NCBI GenBank assembly: GCA_964016885.1
Contig: OZ024743.1
Coordinates: 226,734,001-226,798,000 of the forward strand
Source of the DNA: Eledone cirrhosa
Lineage: Eukaryota
Length of the DNA: 64,000 nucleotides
Direction: 5' to 3'
The translations under genes and the position numbers were made by a program. The notes beneath the pieces were generated by a model. The model was not told the DNA's origin. It searched no databases and saw only the letters and a list, made by a program, of their open reading frames with translations. This document shows, piece by piece, positions 1 to 13,450 of this stretch; position 1 is the stretch's first letter, and each line of letters starts with the position of its first letter.

Positions 1-1875
1 TTGATAATACACAAACTTTGCAATTAATTGTCATACAAATGATGCCACAAGAGCACAAACAACGGTAAAGTTCCTTGCAAGGATTTAAACTGATAATGTC
101 CTTCTCAGGGCATGCACAGTTCCAGTCAATATTATCTTCTGTATCTCTTGCAGAGATAGCTTTCCAGGTATCTGGTCGAAATATTCTCAGCTTCATTTTT
201 TATCATTCCTAGTGCACCGACTATCCCTTAAATTGTACAGGGAATAAGATGCCACATTTTCAGATCTTTATACTTACTGCACTTTCCGACCTCTTTCTAG
301 GAGATCTTACGATCTGATGTAAAGCACATGTCAAGTAAGAAAAATGTCGTCTCTTCATGATGCTTCAGGTCTGTTGGTCTTCATTGATCTGTCAGTATTC
401 ATAGGGAAATCCCATAGGTTCTCGCCTCCTATTACTGGATCTAGGTGATGGTTGTAACATTTTCCTTCCATTTTCAGACCATACAACCTGCACATTACCC
501 ACTGTAAGTATCGCCCTACTCTATCGTGTCTCACTTTATATTCCTGGGGAGCTAATACTTTGCAGCCTGAAGCCAGGTGGTCAATGGTCTCAACATGCTC
601 ATCAAGTAATCAACATGTTGTGTTAATTCCATTTTTTTATCACATTGGCTTGAAGGTTGCGCATTGAAAGAAACTGATTTGTGTAGCCAAAATAAAGCCC
701 TCAATCTATACCGTTAGTCAAGATCTCCTCGACCACTGAGGGGTGAGTGTTTGATGTACATCAGGTTCTTTACTACGAAGAACATACTGCCCATGCAGTG
801 TTCTTTTTTACTCCCATTTAGTCCCATTTAGTGCACAGTCTCTGATGGCTTTCATGTTATGCCAACTCTTTGATATTATTTACGGTTTTAATTGCAGAAT
901 CGTCATTATTTCGAAAATGTATTCCCAATTCTTCTACAAACTTCCTATTTTCCTTTGTTACTGAATGTTGATATTCTACTTGACAGCTTACGCTGGACCA
1001 TTCTTCTAACTCTGTTTTGTCTAGAAGATAGAAGGGTTCCACCTCTGCTTTTGGGTGATGTATTTTATTACAGGTCAAACGTTTCCTGATTTTGGCGCCC
1101 GTTTTCTTAATTTCATTAACGTTTCAATTTAGGATATTGAAACTGTGAGTCAACTGGGATTGCAAGGGCATTTATGGCAGCTAGATTCTTTCTCGATTAA
1201 GCCCCATTTTTAAGACATCACGTACTCTCCGCTAGCATACCTTCCCGATAGTCTCTTTCGTGCTGGCTTAGTGAATACCTTGGACTTCATTGATCCCTAG
1301 TTATCTGTACGATTGTTCTTCTTCTACTTCCCTAATCACTATATTCACATCTATTGAGTTTCTGATTGTCATTCTGCTTTTCGTGAATGTTGGTTTGGCG
1401 CAGTCTAAACTTCCCAGTCTAAACTCCATCCCTACATCATCGCTGAATACGTTTACTGACTTCAGCTGGCCTTCCAATTCCTTGTTATTTTTAGCATACA
1501 GCTTCAATCATATAAGACAGGTGATTTTGGTTTTGCTCTCTATTTAATCGTGTTGAATTTGAAGGGCTTGGGTTGCGATTATTTCGTTCAACTGACCATT
1601 CAACTCCGTATTTGGAGAAGAGCTCGTTTCAGCTGCAGAATTATCGGCCCCTGGCGGATTATTGAGGGATGCCGTCCCTGTTGACCCGGACAACAACCGA
1701 TCCGGTATGTGTTTTTGTATGTAGTCATTTTTTTGTTGTTGTCGTTTCCTTATGGGCTTTATCCTTCACCGCCAAGGGGTCATTTTGAACACCTCTGGGA
1801 GGATTATCAACCGAGATTAGTGAGCCCGTCCTTCCCATGAGATATATCGACCTCCCACAAGGTGTCAGGGGTTTT
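1..1875 (-). mobile_element. Degenerate, internally deleted Dong/R4-clade (RLE-type) non-LTR retrotransposon, cut by window edge
   Basis: Minus-strand remnants: KLYAKNNKELEGQLKSVNVFSDDVGMEF (post-YxDD RT, 1301-1507), LHGQY (~790), IEGFILATQ (~680-705), and zinc-knuckle/RHD region TC*LLDEHVETIDHLASGCKVLAPQEYKVRHDRVGRYLQWVMC (~490-630). Stops and frameshifts are present. A putative 5' UTR and ATG (~1728) are joined to the RT by a deletion near 1550. The 5' end abuts (TAA)n at 1876-1886. Confidence 0.8.
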
Positions 1876-1917
1876 TATTATTATTAGTGCTCTCTTTTAT
1901 TATTATTAGTGCTATTA

Positions 1918-2108
1918 GGACGGTGGATTGGTAGTATCGGTAGAGGGTCGGACGCTATCCTTTGCAGCATAGAGTTACATCCCTTTACGGTCTGAGTTCA
2001 AATCCCGCCGAGGTTAACTTTGCATTTCATTCTTATGGTGTCGATAAAATAAAGTACCAGTAATGCACTGATATTGCTGGCCTTATGCCAAAAGTAGAAA
2101 CAATTGTT
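1918..2108 (+). mobile_element. tRNA-derived SINE, family 1 (Meta-domain-like core)
   Basis: A box TGGTAGTATCGG and B box GAGTTCAAATCC, followed by core ACTTTGC-TTTCAT...GTCGATAAAATAAAGTACCAG and tail GCTGGCCTT-TGCC-AAA-TAGAAACAATT. Multicopy in the window. Confidence 0.85.
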
Positions 2109-2162
2109 ATTAGTGCTCTCCTTAATGTTTTCTTCAAGTTGGCCTTGTTCAAAATATAGAAA

Positions 2163-2205
<43 letters not shown>

Positions 2206-2206
<1 letters not shown>

Positions 2207-2390
2207 GGTGGATTGGCTGTACAGCTAGAGCGTCGGACAATGTGCTTTGCGGCATATAGTTGCGGCTCTTTACATTCTGAGTTCAAATCCCGCTGAGGTT
2301 AACTTTGCCTTTCATCATTACGGGGTCGATAAAATCGACTTTCCCCTTTCCACCAAATTGTTGGTATTGTGCCTATATAAGAAACAATTA
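2206..2390 (+). mobile_element. SINE family 1 copy
   Basis: Same A/B boxes and GGGGTCGATAAAAT core; follows (ATT)n. Confidence 0.8.
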
Positions 2391-3691
2391 TTATCAGGTG
2401 GATTATCTGTATTTGTAGAATGTCGGACATGATGTGCTTTGTAACATTGATGAAAATGCCTTAATTTTCGTTGCTCAATTTCGTCCATCCAGGAAAAAAA
2501 GTGTTCTACCTGTAATCTAAAGGCTCGGCCTTGTGTCGCTTTGAATCTTTATGTGAACTACATTAAGGTTGTAATGATTGGTCACTTGGATGTAAATTTC
2601 ATGTGCAGGCTGTTCAGTTGATCAAACGATTTGAACACTCACTTATCAGAATCGACAGAGGCTCAACACACACACACAGATACATACTCATAGTCACACA
2701 TTCAAAGTCACACACACACATTCACAGGCGCACAGACACACTAATAGACACACACATACATACACACACATACATACATACATACAGAGAGAGAAAGAGA
2801 GAGGGAGAGGGGGGGAGAGAGAGAGGGAGAGAGAAACACACACAGGCTTGTGAACTGCAGTACACATATTGTAGTATTGGTGGTGTAGCTCTGTATAGCC
2901 CACCGTTGTGTGGTGTAATATAGTATGTTGTTCTGTAGCGTAGTTGTGTCATGCTTCAAGTGCTTCAAATATTTTTATCCTTTGACTGGAGATATTAAAT
3001 TATATTTGAACATATTCTTTTATTTCAATACTTTATTCTAACCTTTCTGTTTATTTTTTTAATTCTTTCCTTTTGGAGAAATACACGGCATCCAACCGGC
3101 ACCTCTTAGAGGATGAAGTATTGACAGGAATCTAAAGCTACACCCACTACACATCCCCTAACACAAACAGAAACCTAATATTACTTATTCTGTTGCCATA
3201 GTGAATCAAATGACAAGAAAGAAGAACAAAGCTACTCAGCTATAACATTGTTATGAATTCTTTTTCTCAAATAAATAGTAAATATATGTATAGGAAAGGA
3301 TGATGTTAATGTGATATATGCGGCGAGGGTAGACTTGGAGGCAGTGGTAGTGGTAGGTGTGTTAGTGTGGTGATCATCGTTGTAGTTGTGGTAATGGTAC
3401 GGATGGTGGAGACGAGGGTGATTGTGCTAGTGGTATAAGTGGTGCTGGTGTTGGTGGCAGTAAAGTTTGTGGTAGTTGTATTTATGCTGATTGTAGTGGT
3501 GTTGGTGTTAAAGTCATTGGTGGGTGTGTTGTTGTTGATGGTGGTGGTAGGAGGTATTGCTGATGCTCTTGAAGATGGGGAGGAGGGGTAGGGAAATTTA
3601 GGGTGATTTTTATATATTATATAAAAATATTCTAATATAATATATTTTATAAATATATTCTTTATATATTTCCTCTACCTTATAGCAACGA

Positions 3692-4528
<837 letters not shown>

Positions 4529-4846
4529 GGGGGGTGTTTCTGTATGTCTTTGTATGTGTTCGTGTTGACATATATATACACCAAAAATGTAAAAGCAAAT
4601 ATGCATACCGCCCAAACACACACCATCATTTGTCTGCCACTACTCTATTTGTTTCTTTATCTATAACTCTAGCAGTATGTCCACATTACCACTATCTGTT
4701 TATCTATTGATCTGTATATATGTTTATCAATTTGGGGATTTATCGAACTGTCTCTGTGCCCTATGTTTTGATCCATCCACGTTCCCTTTCGGTCCTCAAA
4801 CAGGTCATCATTTCTCCATTTCGCTGTCTCTCTCTCTCACTCTTTG

Positions 4847-4879
<33 letters not shown>

Positions 4880-4894
4880 TTGTCTCTCTCTCTC

Positions 4895-4975
<81 letters not shown>

Positions 4976-5083
4976 GTATATATATTATATATATTATATA
5001 TAATATATTATATATAATATATTATATATTATATATATATACATATTATATATATATTATATATATATATATTATATATATAT

Positions 5084-5116
<33 letters not shown>

Positions 5117-5212
5117 ATATATATATTATTATTATTACTATATATATAATATATAATATATTATATATAATATATTATATATAATATATATAATATATAT
5201 ACTATATATAAT

Positions 5213-5247
<35 letters not shown>

Positions 5248-5517
5248 TTGTGAGTATCTATGTACTTAATATTATGTATTGATCCGAATGTACTCATATG
5301 TGCGCCTATGTGTGCATGTAAGTCTTCATACCCTTCGAAAACTATGTGCTGCTTTTAAAATCTTGCATAGATTCTCAATAATTGGATATTCGGTGACATG
5401 AGACTTTGATTGGATACTGAATGTAGGATGTCTTTCTAAATCCTGCTTTCATAATTTGTACTTATACATACATATATTCCTGTGTATATATAGTGTGTTT
5501 GTATCTCTCTCTCCCTT

Positions 5518-5611
<94 letters not shown>

Positions 5612-5639
5612 CATATATATATGTATATATATATATATT

Positions 5640-5801
<162 letters not shown>

Positions 5802-5813
5802 AATATATGTATG

Positions 5814-5892
<79 letters not shown>

Positions 5893-5900
5893 TATGTATG

Positions 5901-5992
<92 letters not shown>

Positions 5993-6066
5993 TATCAGTT
6001 TGGGGATTTATCGAACTGTATGTATATATATATATGATATATATGAAATATATGTATGTATATATG

Positions 6067-6146
<80 letters not shown>

Positions 6147-6797
6147 CGTGTCTGTCTGTGTGCATTTAATAATTTCCCCTTTTAGTCATTCATCTTTTGT
6201 TCTCTTTTTTACAAGTCTCCTTTAAATGAATTTGATTATTTTTGTTTTAATAACAACATCAAAGACAAGAAATTAATAACAGTTATTTTATTTCAGAAAT
6301 CATTGAGCATAAAATTGTTCTTGTCTCCTTATCAACAGTGTCTTCTATTCCGGCTTTCATGATTTACTCATTAATCCAATGTGTATGCATCATGGTATGT
6401 GGTTCAGGAGTCCTTTGTGCAAGGATGTGCTTCTGAATTCACTTCCAATATGCGGTACTGTGTTTGTCTTCTCGTATAGCCTAGGGCTATACATGTGTGT
6501 GCATGTGTATGTTTACGTCCGTAACCCATTGTTTTAACAAAACATAAGTCAGTAAAATATGTACCAGACTTGAAAACTAAGTACTTGGTTCCATATGAGC
6601 AACTATATCAAAAGTGGTTCCCTAGTGTGAAGGCAGTCTAATGATTGAAACTAGTAAAATATCAAATGGAAATTGCATCAAATATATGTATTAGACACAA
6701 TGATTATGATGTTTCCCTCATACCGATTTGACATTAATGACTCAATTTAATTATTTTGACACTGGATTCGAATGTTTGTTGAAGTGTTTATATTCTA

Positions 6798-7412
6798 CTA
6801 GACCGCCCATGACCCGTTGGGTCACGTTCACTTCACAATATTTTTTAAAATCATGTTTTTAGATAATTAAAATATACACAGACATATAATATGAAATGAA
6901 ACTGGAAGGCCCATATATATACGTGTGTATATGTATATAAATAAATGTATGTATGTGTGTATATACATATATATATATATGTGGATGTCTGTGATCTATA
7001 TACACTAGTTATAGACACACACACATACACACACACATATATATACACACACACCCACATATATATATATATATATATATACACAACAACACCACTAGCT
7101 CTCTCTCCCTCTTTCATTCTCCTCTGTCACCTCTCCCCCTCTCTCTATGTCTCTCTTTCAATCTACTCTCTGACAACCTTTATCTCTTTCTCTCTATCCT
7201 ATTCTCTCTCTCTGTTTATGAAGGTACCCGGAAAAACCCCATATCTTGGGAACCCGTACTCCGATTTATGCAAAACTTTATTTATTCCATTTGTATTCCC
7301 ATTCAGGGTCAATTTATTTTCAAAATAGTTTCCCATCATGTGCCTCTTTGGCTGTATTACATTACAGTCAAACAAGCAAGCAAGCAATCACAGAGTTTTA
7401 GTAGTATATAGA
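6798..7412 (-). mobile_element. Non-autonomous Helitron, family H1
   Basis: On the minus strand: starts TC(TATATACTAC...), ends hairpin GTGACCC-AAC-GGGTCA then CTAG, inserted between A and T. Both ends are homologous to 49508-52870. Confidence 0.8.
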
Positions 7413-7479
7413 TTTCCTTAAGTAACCATTATTATTTCGATTATTTCCCCTTTTCTTTAACTGATTGATGTTGGAGCAC

Positions 7480-7775
7480 AGTCATTTCCAGCGGTGAGTG
7501 TTCCAGTAATATCATCGATGACGCAGCCTGAACATGCAAATGGCAGAGCATTCCACAGACACGTGTATTTTCAGCGTATTTCTCAGGCAAATTCAGCGAG
7601 GTAATGTGTTGGACAAGGGTGGCCTTGAATTATAAGAATAACTAATTTTCACTGAGTGGACTGGAGAAATGTAAAATGACATGTCTTCTATGTTACATCT
7701 CATCGTCGAGACGCGAACTCACGATCTTACGATCGCAAACCGAAAACACTAACCAACAAGCCACATGCTCTTGAA
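7480..7775 (-). mobile_element. Diverged tRNA-derived SINE, family 2
   Basis: Similar to 27925-28195 and 50090-50400 (GCATTC-ACAGACAC motif, CTGGAG-AA, B-box-like GAGTTCG). Confidence 0.6.
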
Positions 7776-9944
7776 ACAGTCTATTACTGCAGCTTCCATT
7801 TCTACTCCCTCTCTCTTTCTCTCTCTCTCTCTCTTTCTCTTTCTCTCTTTCTTTTTCTTTTTCCATTTTTCTCTCTCTTCAATGGTGGTGGATTTGCAAC
7901 ATAATGTGCAGCATAGAATTACGTAACTTTAAGTTTGAGGATCCTTACGGGATCTATAAAATAAAGTACCAATAATGAACTGGGGTCGCTTTAATCGACT
8001 TTGCTCTCCTCCCAAAGATTGTTGGCCGTCCTTGTGCCTAAATCAGAAACCATATTTCTATTCTCTCTCATTCAATTTCCCTGAGTGGCAAGCACTAGCT
8101 CCAACATTTTGCTGGGGGGATTTTATTTGTGATCATCATCAATACGTGGTTTTACTTATTTTATGGACCTCTCAGGACGAAAAGCCATGTTGACCGCAGT
8201 GAGATTTGAACGCAGAACATAAAATGCGATATCTAAATAATTCATTAGTTTTCCTCAGACGTTCTAACTATTGTGCTAATTTAAAGATTTCCATTACTAC
8301 TTCGCGGGAAATCGTGTTGCCTTTTGATTAAGCATTTAATAAATTTTGTCGTTCATCTGATATAATTTATTTTGGCAGAATATGCAATAAAAGAAATTAT
8401 TTAGTTACAATAAATTCGTACCCAACTTCCCTTGACGCCCAAATCATATACATATGAGGCTTAATGATTAATCCAGCCCTTATTTTACCTTTTCGTAAAT
8501 TTTCTCACATTTTATGTAGTAACGGCTGCGAGATGTGGAATGGAACCTACTAGGGTTTTAACTATTGAACTAAAGACAATGAAAATCTTACGGTCCTGCA
8601 ATTTATGGTTACTTCAACATAAAACAATAAGTATAATAAAAACACGATCTGCTAGAAATAGCATCTTAAGATTCCCTCAAATCACACCTCTTATTCTTTA
8701 AAAAATATAAGAGAGCATACTATAGGCAATATAGTCTTATGTATATATGCAGCTGGGATGATTAACAACAGTATTAGTGATGAGCTACAATCAATATTTC
8801 TATATATTCCTCTTCTATTGTGTTATCCATCTTAATATCTCGATGGCCACATCCACATATCTATGACTTACACCGAAACAACAATGGAATATCTATATAG
8901 TTGACAGATACGCTAGAAATAGTATCAAGCTGTCACTCATATTGTACTCGACCATCATAAAAAAAACATTGAATATATTCTAGATAAATTCTTTCCTAGG
9001 GCTTATTTACATTCATCTCTCCATGTACAATTAATTCTTGGCGAGGTTTTAGGATAAACCTGCCGACGTCTATACTATTCTGGCTCTGAACACAGCTGAT
9101 TTCTTCCAGAGAAGCTGGCAGAAAGAAAGTTAGAAAGTCATACAGAGAAATAATTGGATACAGTATTGGACGGTATCTTATTTATCGACCGCTGAATGAT
9201 GACATGTTATGTTGACCACGCCAGCATTTGTATTCGGGACGCATAGAACCAAAGCAAATTGCACAAAGCAATCTGTTCGATGTTCTAACGGATGTACCAA
9301 TTCACCGCCTTCATGTTATCATTAAGAGAATGAAAGATTTGTTAGACGATTCAGTTTGACATTGACCAAATATATGTCTGGTAAGGTTTGACATGGATTA
9401 AATAATAACAACAAAACCATCACTATAGAAATTCTGACATATTTGCTAAGCAGTTAATGAGGATGCTGTGTCCAGAGTGGGGCTTTCTTTCTGCCACCAG
9501 CAACAACACACCACGCTGAAACACTGTCTAAAATGTAGTTACGTACACATACGCATACGTAACGCAGTGAGCAATAATGGACGTTTAATCAATTGAAATT
9601 ACACCTTTACCGTGAGAGAGAAATTCATTAGTGTTAATTACAATTGTTGTCAAGGAAGGCAACTACGAAATTCAAATTGGTCTAAAATTTAAATGGAGAC
9701 ATATTGCGAGGTGTGCATTATAAAGGGGTAAAACAATTTCAAATAGAACAGTAGTTTTAACGACAAGCCATGACATTTTTCTTACCCATGCGGCCTGCCA
9801 TCACAACGTTACATTATTTCTCTAATATACCGACTGTGTTTACAACTAAACAGTCACAGATATCTTTCGCTGATACATATCTCGAGATATGTAATAAACA
9901 AAGAACAAGGATCCGATGAGGAGCGGGACATAAACATTCTACAA

Positions 9945-9947
<3 letters not shown>

Positions 9948-10006
<59 letters not shown>

Positions 10007-10201
10007 AATGATAATAATAATAAGAAGAAGAACAAGAAGAAAGAAAGAAAGAAAGTATAGAAAGAGATGATGTAAAATACGTAGAAATGGATGATATTGA
10101 TGAGGAAGACGAATAATGACAATAATAATAATAATAATAGTAATAATAACAACAACAACAACAACAACAATAATAATAATGATAATAATAATAATGATAA
10201 A

Positions 10202-10236
<35 letters not shown>

Positions 10237-10260
10237 ATAAGAAGGAGAAGAAGCAGCTGC
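9948..10260. repeat. (AAT)n/(AAC)n/(AAG)n trinucleotide microsatellite cluster
   Basis: Seen directly. Confidence 0.9.
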
Positions 10261-10814
10261 TAATGTTTCTAATATCTGTATTCGCTAAGTGATACGAAAT
10301 CTATGTAATGCAACTAATTGACTGAAGAACATCACTTAGCTATACACACTGGCATATTGTATTGGCGTATCTATATTGTTGAACATCTCTAATGGACACT
10401 GGCACCTGTCAAAGAGAATTAAGTAGTCTTTAGGCAATCGAAGAAAAACCAAAACTTTTAATGCAGACAGATAATGAAGTTCAGAAACGGCTCTTGAGAG
10501 AAGAACTGAAGTTTTCTTATTCAGTTGTAAATAAACACATCGAAGATGAAGAGCGTTGTTCAAATATTCCGATATTTTTCATATTTACAGCAAGATAAAT
10601 CTGCAAGCCAGCTGGATCGATAAAATAATCGTATAATAGGTGCCAAATGATCTAGGGTTCGCGTGGCGACAACGAGCCATTATACCTGCTAAAGCACCAG
10701 CCAAATCACTTTAAAATCATGTTCTCTGGTAGTTATATTTTTTCTTTCAATGTTGGGTATTAGATCTTCTTTTATTGATAGTATAGATGGATAGTGGTTT
10801 TTTTTTTCGTGATC

Positions 10815-11060
10815 AGAAAAGCGGTCGAAATGGGCTTCCTCCAAAAGTTCTTTGGAGTAACGTTGCTCGATAGAGTGTGTAGATCTGAGAACAGAGAGTC
10901 ACTCCAGGTAGAGCCGCTACTAATCCGAATTGAGAGCATGTGGTTAGAATGTTTAAGAAAGAATCGCAAAACCAACCGATATATAACCCAGGGGAAGACC
11001 CTGAGCAAGATGATCGAATAATATCCATGAATCTCGCTTGAGGATCCAGTTGCATTAGTT
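10815..11060 (+). pseudogene. RTE-clade (Expander/Rex3-like) LINE 3' fragment
   Basis: AVEMGFLQKFFGVTLLDRVCRSENRESLQVEPLLIRIES resembles the RTE C-terminal motif EMxFLRR..G..L.DRVRS..IRE.L.VEPLLL.IE. Confidence 0.7.
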
Positions 11061-11644
11061 GGAGACGGTTGTTTCTGACGTTGGTGTAGTTATTTTCGTA
11101 TTATACTTGTTAAAGAAGTAGAAATACGTGTTGCAATTTGTAAAATGTTTAGTGATAGTACAAAAAAATTGTTCATCATATTTGACGCAACAATTCGAAA
11201 GACGGGCAGGTTGAATCAGATTATTATATATTCCTTGTGCTGTTTAGCAATTATTTGGGTTACGTAATGTTATATATGGTATCGAATGTTTCTTTAAATT
11301 CTTGTCTCCGGTTTTGTAGTAGAATAATGCAATATGTCTAAATATTAGCGCATCGCAGGAAGTCTTAGATATGTTTACACACACATACACACACACATCT
11401 CTCTCTCTCTCACTCACTCTATCTATCTATTTGGGATGGACACACGCGTATAACTTGCTGAGTAAGTTCTGTTTAAATTTCTATAGAAATTCTTGTCTGA
11501 TAACTTTAATTTTTGTACCATTTTGTAGAGGGACTGCCAGGTCAAACTTTGATCTGGTCAGTCTCTCAAAATATTCTACGCCTTTAGGCGAAATAGTTAA
11601 AAAAAAAAAGTTTTTTCTTGTTGAAAAGTCAATATTTTTTTTAA

Positions 11645-13426
11645 ATGGCCGAAGCTTCTTCACCAAAATTCGAAGGAGGAAAGGGGAAGATTAACTTACA
11701 GCTTCCCCCTGCCACTGTCACAGTAGCAGAGGTCAAGAAGATAGGTCAGCCAGAGGAAGAATTCTCTCCACCTGTTAACCGACAACTTGACGTTGCCATG
11801 GCAACAACCCAAAGAACCAGCAGCAACAGCAACAACAACAACAATGCGACGGACGAAAACAACACCAATAACAATAACAACAACAAGACCAATAACGGTG
11901 ACAACAACAACAATGATAACAACAACACCACCAACGACAACAACAACACAAACAAACAAAATTTCTCCTTCGCCGAGACGACAAGGAAAACCCTCGACTA
12001 TCTGCCAGTAGATATAACAAAAGCGAAGGAGCTACTGGCGGATGCGAAAAAATATATAGTGTACGGGGAAAATGGTTCATTCACAATCCATTCCCCCCCG
12101 GAACTAAAAAGCCAGAGACTCCTAAACACGGTCATGTTTAGGACAATCTCGAACAAAAGTAAAAAACCAGCTCAACCATCACAGAGCGAGATAGAGCTGG
12201 TTTTAAAAGACGTCATGAAGGACATCACCTTCATTCAGAAGGATAGACTCTACGGGAGTCTATCCATTCTCATGAAGGACAGGGACACAGCAGTGAAACT
12301 GTCCATCAAACCAATCACATCCACCGCATACACCTTCTACCCTACGTACATGGGTAGAAGAACACAAAAAATAAAAATCCACACCATCCTGCCGATTATG
12401 GACATATGGTGGGTTTTGACAGGTTTCCTGGACCTGGAGGATGACATGCTGGTGTCCATGGGAAAGGCATCGGGTGACGCGTTCAGTGGAACGAGCCTCG
12501 AACTTGTAGTTCAAATGAGGCCCGAAAGGATCGCCCAGATCCCTGAACGCGTCATACTGGATGATCTAACCTTCATCAACATTACCGTTGAGGGTAGACG
12601 GCCCTCGTGTTACCTCTGCGGAACCAGAGGTCACCTGAGGGCTGTCTGTCCCCAACTTAATAAAAAAAACCCAATCCTGCCTACACCACCAACAACTGCA
12701 CAACCAACACAATCACCACAACTACCACTACAAAAACAACCACCACAGCTCAAACCAAAACAAAACAATGTCCAACCCATCCCCTCCACTCAAAAAACAA
12801 AAACAATTTCCAAAACACCCGTACCGCAAACACAACCCGAAAATATACCCCTCCCCTCCAACGCGGAAGATGACCCTAGTTCGTCGTCAGACGAGGAGGA
12901 GCACTTCCACACAATCAAAAGAAAAAAAAGAAAACACACCTCAGACACACAAATGAAAAAAAACCCTCCCCAAAACATAACACTGACACCAACACAAAAG
13001 AGCTCACAACAGCAAACAAAAAACACCACACAAAAACAAAAACATGCATACACATACATAAATACAAGAAACAAAAAACTGTTAAACATTGTGTACAACA
13101 ACAATCTAATAAAAACACAAGGGCCTAACTTCACCCAGGCAGGGGATTTCCCCCACCTCAAAATGATAAAGGCCCCACAGGACACCTATAAAACTTTAAA
13201 AAATAATTTTAAAGAGGACGTGGGTCCCCCCTGCGTCGGGCCCATTAACCGCGTCCTCCTAAAAAACTATCCCACCCCCTCCCCAAACACCCTCACAACT
13301 CCAAGCTCCCCAACCACACAACACACTGATGCCCCCACACTTCCACAAACCACCACCCCACCCAACAACCCATCCCCCACCCTAATGGAAATTGAGCAGC
13401 CCGATACCCGGGACGCAGAGAGGTAA
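11645..13426 (+). CDS. LINE ORF1p, 593 aa, Gag-like nucleic-acid-binding protein
   Basis: Open frame with a poly-Asn tract, CCHC zinc knuckle CYLCGTRGHLRAVC, basic KRKKRK patch and P/T/Q-rich C-terminus; lies directly upstream of ORF2. Confidence 0.9.
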   Translation: MAEASSPKFEGGKGKINLQLPPATVTVAEVKKIGQPEEEFSPPVNRQLDVAMATTQRTSSNSNNNNNATDENNTNNNNNNKTNNGDNNNNDNNNTTNDNNNTNKQNFSFAETTRKTLDYLPVDITKAKELLADAKKYIVYGENGSFTIHSPPELKSQRLLNTVMFRTISNKSKKPAQPSQSEIELVLKDVMKDITFIQKDRLYGSLSILMKDRDTAVKLSIKPITSTAYTFYPTYMGRRTQKIKIHTILPIMDIWWVLTGFLDLEDDMLVSMGKASGDAFSGTSLELVVQMRPERIAQIPERVILDDLTFINITVEGRRPSCYLCGTRGHLRAVCPQLNKKNPILPTPPTTAQPTQSPQLPLQKQPPQLKPKQNNVQPIPSTQKTKTISKTPVPQTQPENIPLPSNAEDDPSSSSDEEEHFHTIKRKKRKHTSDTQMKKNPPQNITLTPTQKSSQQQTKNTTQKQKHAYTYINTRNKKLLNIVYNNNLIKTQGPNFTQAGDFPHLKMIKAPQDTYKTLKNNFKEDVGPPCVGPINRVLLKNYPTPSPNTLTTPSSPTTQHTDAPTLPQTTTPPNNPSPTLMEIEQPDTRDAER

Positions 13427-13450
13427 GTGCCTTTTCTCTTCACCACCAAC

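Noticed and set aside
1918-2010. tRNA genes at A/B-box sequences
   Set aside because: There is no cloverleaf, and the boxes continue into shared SINE bodies.
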